DNA of 64,000 nucleotides from Myxococcales bacterium (GTDB lineage Bacteria; Myxococcota_A; Polyangia; Haliangiales; Haliangiaceae): NCBI GenBank assembly GCA_016794525.1, contig JAEUJY010000077.1, positions 109,091 to 173,090 of the forward strand, read 5' to 3'. Shown piece by piece: positions 54,839 to 64,000 of this stretch (position 1 is its first letter; each line of letters starts with the position of its first letter). The notes under the pieces were generated by a model. It saw only the letters and a program-made list of their open reading frames with translations, ran no database searches and was not told where the DNA came from. The position numbers and the translations under genes were made by a program.

Positions 54839-56341
54839 TCACGGCGGCACCTCGACGCCGGGCGGCGGGGCGACGGCGGGCATGGCGACGGTCTTCTGGC
54901 CGATGAAGGTCGCGAGCTGGCGGTTGAAGTCGTCGGCGAGCTGGGCGGTGCCGGCGGTCAGGCCGCGGGCGCGATCGAGGCCGGCGATCAGCACGTCGGT
55001 GGTGATCAGCGTGAGGATCCAGACGTTGGTGATGAACGTGAACACCAGGTTGATGACGGTGATGGCCTTGAAGTCGAGCTGCTCGATCAGCTCGCCCAGC
55101 GCCAGCACCATGAACAGGAGCGCGATCATCAGCGCGCCGAAGTACATGAGGCGCGCCTTGCGCACGGCGGTGATCGCGTCGGCTCGGGTCAGCGGGCGCG
55201 CCAGCGAGTAGCCGCCGCGGCCGAGCAAGATCTCGGCGCCGATGATGCCGAGGATCGTGACGACGAAGTAGCCGGAGCCGGTCAGCTGGTACGGCACGAT
55301 CAGCACGACGTAGATGAACATCGCGTAGATCGGCGCGCCCAGCACGATCAGCCAGCCGGGGGCCGCCGAGCCGGGGAACAGCAGCTTGGTGACGGTGGCG
55401 GCGCGGACCATGCCGGGGATCAGCGACACCGCCTTGGGGGCCAGCGTCATCATCGCCTGCAGCGAGAACGCGAGGCCCAGCATCAGCGACACCGCCTTGG
55501 CCTCGGCCGGCGAGGCGTCGCCGAGCATCTCGCTGGCGAGGCTGCGCAGCGGGTACAGGTACACCGCGAACGGCGCGAGGAAGAACACCAGCCAGCCGTA
55601 GGCCAGCGCGCGGCGCTGGTGACGCCAGCGGGTCCAGTTGCGGAGCTGGTACCAGGCCAGGCCGCAGAACGCCGCCTCGGCGAGCAGGGGGATGGTCCGC
55701 AGCGAGCGCAGCGTGTCGGTGACGGCGGCTGGCAGCTGCGAGTCGTCGCCGTAGACCTCGTAGAGCTTCAGCGCCAGCAGCGGGACCAAGAGCGTCGCGA
55801 CGACGAACAAGATCGAGCGTCGCCACGCGAGGAACGCCTGGAAGCTCGGCTCGGTGACGCCGGCGCGCTCGAGCGCGGCGCGCTCCGCCGGTAGCACCTC
55901 GTCGGGCTCGATGCGGAGGCGGATCGCGCGGAGGATCGACAGCTTGAGGAACGGCAGGAAGCCGTCGCCGGGGGCGGCCGGCGGGCGCGGCGGCGCGTAG
56001 GCCTGAGGCAGGGGCGGGTAGGGCGCGGCCTGGGGCGGGTACGGGTACGGCGCGCCGGGCTGCGGCGGCGGTTGCGGGTACGGGTACGGCTGCTGGGCCT
56101 GCGGGTATGGGTACGGGTACGGGTACGGCTGCGCTTGGGGATACGGCGGCTGCGCTTGGGGATACGGCGGCTGCGCTTGTGGATACGGTGGCTGCGCGTA
56201 CGGCTGCGGCGGGGCGACCGGCGCGGGCCCCGCGGGCGGTGGACCGGGCGGCGCCGCGCTCGGCGCGGCGGGGCGCGGCGGGTGACCGAACGGCGGTGGC
56301 GGACCACGACGCGGATCGCGCGGATCACCCGGCTGCGACAT
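54839..56341 (-). CDS. Polytopic membrane protein with Pro/Tyr-rich N-terminal low-complexity region (PYPQAQPP repeats)
   Basis: N-terminal ~130 aa of PPYPQAQ/PYPYPY repeats, then about 9 predicted TM helices. No family assigned. Confidence 0.55.
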   Translation of the reverse strand: MSQPGDPRDPRRGPPPPFGHPPRPAAPSAAPPGPPPAGPAPVAPPQPYAQPPYPQAQPPYPQAQPPYPQAQPYPYPYPYPQAQQPYPYPQPPPQPGAPYPYPPQAAPYPPLPQAYAPPRPPAAPGDGFLPFLKLSILRAIRLRIEPDEVLPAERAALERAGVTEPSFQAFLAWRRSILFVVATLLVPLLALKLYEVYGDDSQLPAAVTDTLRSLRTIPLLAEAAFCGLAWYQLRNWTRWRHQRRALAYGWLVFFLAPFAVYLYPLRSLASEMLGDASPAEAKAVSLMLGLAFSLQAMMTLAPKAVSLIPGMVRAATVTKLLFPGSAAPGWLIVLGAPIYAMFIYVVLIVPYQLTGSGYFVVTILGIIGAEILLGRGGYSLARPLTRADAITAVRKARLMYFGALMIALLFMVLALGELIEQLDFKAITVINLVFTFITNVWILTLITTDVLIAGLDRARGLTAGTAQLADDFNRQLATFIGQKTVAMPAVAPPPGVEVPP

Positions 56342-56370
56342 CCGCCGAGTCTATCGCGGCCGCGCCGCGA

Positions 56371-57308
<938 letters not shown>

Positions 57309-57312
<4 letters not shown>

Positions 57313-58304
57313 ACGACTTCTCCGAGGATCTTGACCTCGAGCTCGAGGGTGAGCCCGTGCACCTCGCGCACGCGGTCGCGCACGCGCTCGATCAACGTCA
57401 GCATGTCGGCGCAGGTGGCGCGCCCGTTGGACACCAGCCAGTTGGCGTGGACCGGCGAGCACACCGCGTCGCCGACCTGCCAGCCCTTGCAGCCGGCGCT
57501 CTCGATCAGCCGCCCGGCGAACTGGCCCGGCGGGTTCTTGAAGGTCGAGCCGTTGGACGCGACCTTCTTGGGCTCGCGAGCGGCGCGGCGGGCGCGCAGC
57601 TCGCGGATCTCCGCGTCGGCCTCGGCGCGCGGCCGCGGCCGCAAGGTCAGCCCGGCGCGCACGACGAGCTCGTCGGGCGGCAGGTCGCTGGCGCGGTAGC
57701 GGAAGCCGCACGCGGCGTGGTCGCGGCGCACGGTCGTCGCGTCGGCCAGTCGCACGCTCTCGACCCAGGTGACGACGCTGGTGAACTCGCCGAGGTAGGT
57801 GCCGGCGTTCATGATCAGGCCGCCGCCGACCGAGCCGGGCACGCCGCCCAGGAACTCGAGGCCGCCGAGGTCGTGCTTGAGCGCGAGCTGGAGCAGCTTC
57901 GACGTCGGGGTGCCGGCCTCGACCTCGATCGTGGTGGGCGAGGTGAGCGTCAGGCCGCGCAGGCGGCCGGTGTTGAGCACGACGCCGCGGATGCCGGCGT
58001 CGCGCACCAGCAGGTTGGAGCCGCCGCCGACCACGGTGACCGGCACGCCGCGGGCGGCGCACCAGGCCAAGAGCGCCGCGAGGCGCGCGTGGGTCGACGG
58101 CCGCGCGAACGCGTCGGCGGGGCCGCCGATGCGCGCGGTGGTGTGGCGGCGCATCGGCTCGTCGAAGCCGACGTCGTCGCCCAGCACCTCGACCAGCGCC
58201 GCGCGAGCGGCACCGTCGAAGATCGTCCGCGGATTCGGTTCCGCGGTGGCGAGCCGGTCGTCCGGCTCGTCGTCGCCGATCAGCAGCTCGTCGTCACCGG
58301 CCAT
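57309..58304 (-). CDS. murB: UDP-N-acetylenolpyruvoylglucosamine reductase
   Basis: FAD-binding VVGGGSNLL and MurB C-terminal domain (SNGSTFKNP). 4-bp overlap with ddl. Confidence 0.9.
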
Positions 58305-58343
58305 CGCGAGCCCCCTCGTTGATGGCCGGGGCGACGGCGCCGA

Positions 58344-58670
58344 TCAGGCCGCGCGGGCCGCGCCGCCGCGGGCGCCGGCCTCGTTGAAGGCGCTCTGGTG
58401 CAGGAAGATGCCGAACGCGAAGGGCACGAAGAACAGCAGGAACGAGATCACCTGGCTGTACTTGCCGCCGTTGGCCTTCTCGGCGCCACCGGCCCACTTC
58501 CACATGTAGAACAGGTTGGCGATCGGCACGATCAGCAAGAACGTCGTCGGGATGCCGGCGTTGTACTTGGCGTTCATCTCGTGCTTCGCGGCGCGAAGCC
58601 AGAAGATGCCGTAGATGCCGAACGTGATGATGCTGAGAATCCAGACCGTGACCGGTGCCTTCTGAGTCAT
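58344..58670 (-). CDS. DUF4234-like small membrane protein
   Basis: MTQKAPVTVWILSIITFGIYGIFW... 3-TM small protein. Lower-GC codon usage than the overlapping frames. Confidence 0.55.
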   Translation of the reverse strand: MTQKAPVTVWILSIITFGIYGIFWLRAAKHEMNAKYNAGIPTTFLLIVPIANLFYMWKWAGGAEKANGGKYSQVISFLLFFVPFAFGIFLHQSAFNEAGARGGAARAA

Positions 58671-58763
58671 GTAAATCCCCCCTTGGATTGAGGGGAGAAT
58701 GTTCGAGCCGCACCGCCACTGCGGTCAAGCGTCGCACCGGATTTCCCCCTGGACCGTGTCGTT

Positions 58764-59950
58764 TCACGGCGGCCCACCGGGCGTGGGCGCGGCGCCGGTC
58801 GCGAACACGGCGAGGCTGCCGCTCCCGAGCGTGACGACGTAGGGCGGCGCGGCCACCAGCGCGAGCAGATCGTCGATGCGGCAGCCAGGCTCGTCCCGGC
58901 GGCACACCGGCCGCGCCCCGCCGCTGGTCAGATCGTGCAGGTCGATCGTCGGCGCGCCCAGCCGCGCCTCGACGAGCCAGTCGCCGGCCAGCGCGAGGTC
59001 GACGACTCCGTCAGGGGCAGGGATCTGGACCGGCTTGCCCGTGCCATCGCGGCGCGTCGCCGTGATCGCGCGATCGCCCAGCCGCACCTGCCACGTCGCC
59101 GACGCGGTGTTGGCGTCGAGCGGCGTCGCAGCGCCGGTGGCGGTGTCGAGCTCGATCAGCGATCCGGTGCGGTGCAGGTAGACCCGGCGGCCGTCGTCGT
59201 TCGGATGCAACGTGTCGACGACCTCGCGCGGGTGGCGCCACGCGACCGAGCCGTCGGCGACGCGGTGGGCGACCCACGTCGTGCCTTTGAAGCCCTGGCC
59301 GTCGGCCCGGATCACGAGGTCGGCGCCGACCGCGGTCATCGTCGAGGCGCTCGGGGTCGTCGCGGCCACGGTCCAGCGCCGCTGCCCGGTGCCGAGGTCG
59401 TACGCCGCGAGGCCGTCGGGGCCGGCGACCAGCAGCGCGCTGCCGGCGTGCGCGAAATGGTATGCGCCGTCGGCGATCGGCGGCGGGGTCAGGCGCAGCG
59501 GCGCGCCGGCCGTCCCGGTGCGCGGGTCGAACCCGACGACGACGAACGGCTTGGGGATCGGTGCGTCGTCGTCGACCCCGACCACCCGCACCTGCGCGCC
59601 GTCGGCGAACGCGACGAAGCCGCGTGTCGCGAACCGCTGGCCGCCAGTGGCGAGATCGAACCCGATGATCGGCCCGCGGAACTCGGTCGGCGCCAGCACC
59701 ACCAGCCCCGCGTCGACCAGCGGCACGACCAGCGGATCGCTGGCCAGGGTGCCGTCGGCGTAGTTGCTGATGTCGGCGACCCAGCGCCGGCTCACCGCCC
59801 CCGGGCCGTAGCTCGGGGCTGCGACCGCTGCGCGGCCCGCGCCGTCGCCGGTCCGCGCGGGCGGGGCCCGGCGGTCACCACGGCCGCAGGCCAGCAGCGC
59901 GATCGCGCCGAGCGCGACGCCGGCCGCCCCGACGATTGTCGAATCCGAGT

Positions 59951-59954
<4 letters not shown>
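58764..59954 (-). CDS. PQQ-like beta-propeller repeat lipoprotein (BamB-like), start uncertain
   Basis: Lipobox-like IVGAAGVALGAIALLAC and PQQ-like repeats (YDLGTGQRRWT, DGSVAWRHP). There is no in-frame ATG/GTG/TTG between the murC stop and the signal peptide. A CTG overlapping the murC stop (59952-59954) or an ATC at 59934-59936 are the only candidates. Confidence 0.45.
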
Positions 59955-61369
<1,415 letters not shown>

Positions 61370-61492
61370 GGTGACCTCGGCGACGAGCGGGCGGGGGTGG
61401 CGCACGGGGATGCAACGCCTGGTGGCGTCAGTTTGTGCCGTGCGGGGCCGTACATACCAGAACCCGGCGGATCCGGCGCGGCCGAGGCTGGG

Positions 61493-61981
61493 TCAGGGCG
61501 CGGCGCGGCGGCGCAGGCGCAGCTGGGGCAGGCCGTCCTCGACCTTGCGGGCGCCGTCGAGCGCGAAGCCGCCGCCCTGGTAGAACCCCAGCGCGCGGTC
61601 GTTGCCCTCGAGCACCCAGAGCAGTACGTCGGGCAGGCCGCGCCGCGCCAGCGCGACCATGGCGTCGGCGAACAGCGCGCTGCCGACGCCGCGGCCCCAC
61701 GCGGCCGGGTCGACGTACAGCGCCCAGACCTCGCCCCAGCCGCCCAGGTCGCGGCTGGGCCCGACCGACGCGAAGCCGAGCACGCCCGTCGGACCGTCGA
61801 ACACCGCGGTGCGGACCGCCGCGCCGGGGCGCAGGTTGCGCTGCCAGGCGGCGGTGCGCGTCGGCACCGTGAACGCCGCCAGCCGGCCCGCCGGGATCAG
61901 CGCCCGGTACGCCGCGTGCCAGCTGGCGACGTGGACCCGGGCGATCGCTGCGGCGTCCTCGAGCCTGGCCTCGCGCACCAT
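61493..61981 (-). CDS. GNAT-family N-acetyltransferase
   Basis: 162 aa; acetyl-CoA binding motif VDPAAWGRGVGSALF. Confidence 0.7.
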   Translation of the reverse strand: MVREARLEDAAAIARVHVASWHAAYRALIPAGRLAAFTVPTRTAAWQRNLRPGAAVRTAVFDGPTGVLGFASVGPSRDLGGWGEVWALYVDPAAWGRGVGSALFADAMVALARRGLPDVLLWVLEGNDRALGFYQGGGFALDGARKVEDGLPQLRLRRRAAP

Positions 61982-62025
61982 GGGTGCAGTGTGGCACCTG
62001 GCGCGGCGCTGGGAAGCGTCGTCGA

Positions 62026-62325
62026 TCAGCGCGGCGGCGCCGCGGCCTCGGCCTTCTCGACGCAGGCCTTGTACGCCTCGCAGGTCGTGGTCGACCTGGC
62101 GCAGCCCGGGCCGGCCTTGATGCCGGCGAGCATGTCGAGGTCCTTGTTGCCGTTCCTGACCTCGCGGCAGAAGCCCTCGGCGAGCTTGAGCGTGATCGCC
62201 TTCTCGCTCTGCGGATAGCCGCCGCACTCGAAGTCGCGCTTCGCGTAGGTGGCGCACTCGTCGGGCTTGCTGCTGCCGCAGGCGGCCAGCGCGAGGAACG
62301 TCAGGACAGCGAACGGGCGCAACAT
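62026..62325 (-). CDS. Small Cys-containing lipoprotein, hypothetical
   Basis: Lipobox MLRPFAVLTFLALAAC; 6 further Cys; 99 aa. Confidence 0.5.
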   Translation of the reverse strand: MLRPFAVLTFLALAACGSSKPDECATYAKRDFECGGYPQSEKAITLKLAEGFCREVRNGNKDLDMLAGIKAGPGCARSTTTCEAYKACVEKAEAAAPPR

Positions 62326-62356
62326 CGCCGGGACGGTACCTCAGCCCGGCCGGCCG

Positions 62357-63922
62357 TCACAGGGCGAGGAGCGCATCGAGCAGCGCGTCGCGATCGGCGT
62401 CGACCTCCGCAGTGGTTCGGCCGATCGCGTACTGGGTGATGTCGATGCGAGCACCGGCCGCGCGATCGCACGCCTCGTTGTACGGCGCACACTCGACGCG
62501 GGCGCGGACGATCGCGCACGCCGTCGCCAGGGCCGGATCGCTCGGCGGCGTCGCGCAGTCGACGTCGCGCGCCTTGAGCGCGTGCCGCAGGGTCGCCCAC
62601 AGCCGCACGTCGTCGATGCCCTCGCGCACCGCCTGGCCCTGCCGGGTCGGGACCGGTAGCTGGTGATCGTCGTCGACGACCATCGTGAAGCCCTGGATCG
62701 TCGGTGGGCCGGCGTACGCGTAGACGAACATGCCCTGGTACCCCAGCGCGCGCGGGTAGGTCCCGGCGAACACGCGCGCGACCAGCGGATCGACGCCCGG
62801 CAGCGCGAAGTAGTAGTACGCCGGCTTGCCGGCGGCGTGGACCTGATCGACCGCCGCGGGATAGCCGTGCCCGGTGATCACCAGCAGCGGGAGGTCGACG
62901 TGCGGGAGGAGCTTGGTGAGCCAGCCGGGGTGGACCGTGACCATGCTGCGGTGGACGAAGCCGGGCGGACAGCGCGGGCTCGCTGGCTGGCCATCGCACG
63001 CGTGGCGGTGCGCTTCGCTGTTGGCGATGGCCGTCGCCACCTGGGCCTCGTCATGCGGCTCGTCGGCGATGGCGGCGGCCCAGCCGCCGATGCCGACGCC
63101 GCCGGGGGCCGTGGCGTCGTACCAGGGCGCGGTGGCCTGGGCGCTGGCGCTCGCCGCCGACAGCAGCGCGAGCCGATCGAGGCCGGCGCTGGCGGCGAGC
63201 TCGACCAGGCGCGGGCCGGTCGGGGTGGGGAGCTGCAGGCCCTCGAGCGCCCAGATCGAGTCGAGCCCGTGCAGGTGCATGTCCCAGAGGTGGCGCTGCA
63301 TCCGCGGCGTCTCGACCGGCAGGTCGTAGGAGGCGCAGTCGGTGCCGTCGCGGCAACCGAAGTAGTAGGCGCCGTTGACGCCGGGCGCGGGCTCGAGCGC
63401 GATCGGGTCGACCACCACCTCGATCGGGACGGTGATCGCGTCGCCGGCGAAGCCGTCGACCACCACCCGCAGCGCGCCGGCGTAGCGCGTCGACGCGGTG
63501 AACCCGCCGGTGGGCAGCTGGACGGTGACCCAGAACTGGCGCTGATCGCCGGGGGCCAGGATGCCGCGCGCGCGGCCGCCGCCGAACGGTCCCTGCACGC
63601 CGGCGGGCACCGACGGGCCCGCGGTGATCACGTCCCGGGCGCAGAACGCCTCGTCCTTGACCAGCAGCTGGCCGGTGGGCCGCGTCTTGGTCGCGATCTC
63701 GTGGAACGCCGACACCTGGGCGTCCTGCACCGACAGGGCGCGCACGTCGATCAGGCCGGCCGGCAAGGTCGGTGCGCCGGCCGCGGTCAGCTCGTCGAGC
63801 GACACCTCGACCGACGCCGGGATCGCGAACATCGCCGGGTTGGTGGCGACGCCGATCGCCAGCGACACGCGCTGGCCGAGCGTCCCGCGCACCGTGATCG
63901 GCGCGGCGGTGCCGCCGGGCAT
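62357..63922 (-). CDS. Hypothetical protein (may extend beyond window end)
   Basis: Long ORF with a non-repetitive composition. No family recognised. The N-terminus may continue past 64000. Confidence 0.4.
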   Translation of the reverse strand: MPGGTAAPITVRGTLGQRVSLAIGVATNPAMFAIPASVEVSLDELTAAGAPTLPAGLIDVRALSVQDAQVSAFHEIATKTRPTGQLLVKDEAFCARDVITAGPSVPAGVQGPFGGGRARGILAPGDQRQFWVTVQLPTGGFTASTRYAGALRVVVDGFAGDAITVPIEVVVDPIALEPAPGVNGAYYFGCRDGTDCASYDLPVETPRMQRHLWDMHLHGLDSIWALEGLQLPTPTGPRLVELAASAGLDRLALLSAASASAQATAPWYDATAPGGVGIGGWAAAIADEPHDEAQVATAIANSEAHRHACDGQPASPRCPPGFVHRSMVTVHPGWLTKLLPHVDLPLLVITGHGYPAAVDQVHAAGKPAYYYFALPGVDPLVARVFAGTYPRALGYQGMFVYAYAGPPTIQGFTMVVDDDHQLPVPTRQGQAVREGIDDVRLWATLRHALKARDVDCATPPSDPALATACAIVRARVECAPYNEACDRAAGARIDITQYAIGRTTAEVDADRDALLDALLAL

Positions 63923-64000
63923 CGTGGTCGGCGACCACGCGGTGGGATCGTCGGCGTAGCGATCGGCGGGGCCGACCGCGAAGCGCGCGGCCGCGAACGG

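Overview
This is a 64-kb, roughly 70% GC chromosomal segment that looks myxobacterial (Myxococcales-like). The evidence is many lipoprotein signal peptides, Cys-rich CxDG repeats, FHA-domain sigma-54 activators and eukaryotic-like Ser/Thr kinases. Nearly every long ORF has a long antisense or alternate-frame partner, as expected at this GC content, so CDS calls rest on recognisable protein motifs rather than ORF length. No rRNA, tRNA or CRISPR array was recognised.

Content, left to right:
- an EamA transporter and an ABC1/UbiB kinase
- three tandem paralogous pilin-like membrane proteins with Pro-rich PPGY N-termini
- an S9 peptidase
- an IS200/RAYT-type Y1 transposase element sitting between convergent genes, with about 120-bp imperfect inverted flanks
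- ttcA, a GH13 amylase lipoprotein and a GAF sigma-54 activator
- a giant surface protein with tandem 95-aa repeats plus lectin and lamin-tail domains
- a LuxR regulator, followed by a striking AT-rich twin palindrome
- rhomboid, GGDEF and EAL genes
- a minus-strand LysR -> DJ-1 -> ABM -> kynA -> anthraniloyl-CoA monooxygenase/reductase-like fusion -> esterase gene string
- an FHA sigma-54 activator translationally coupled to a Ser/Thr kinase carrying STAND-NTPase and FGE-sulfatase domains
- the murC-murB-ddl cell-wall cluster

The most notable locus is a 2,891-aa SpvB/FG-GAP/YD-repeat/RHS-core protein of the Tc-toxin BC or Rhs type. It carries a roughly 510-aa uncharacterised C-terminal cargo. 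Divergently adjacent to it is a DUF4157 (zincin-like HExxH) protein fused to a peptidoglycan-binding domain and an M15 peptidase domain. Together they form a candidate polymorphic-toxin/effector pair with no evident immunity gene or injection machinery in the window.
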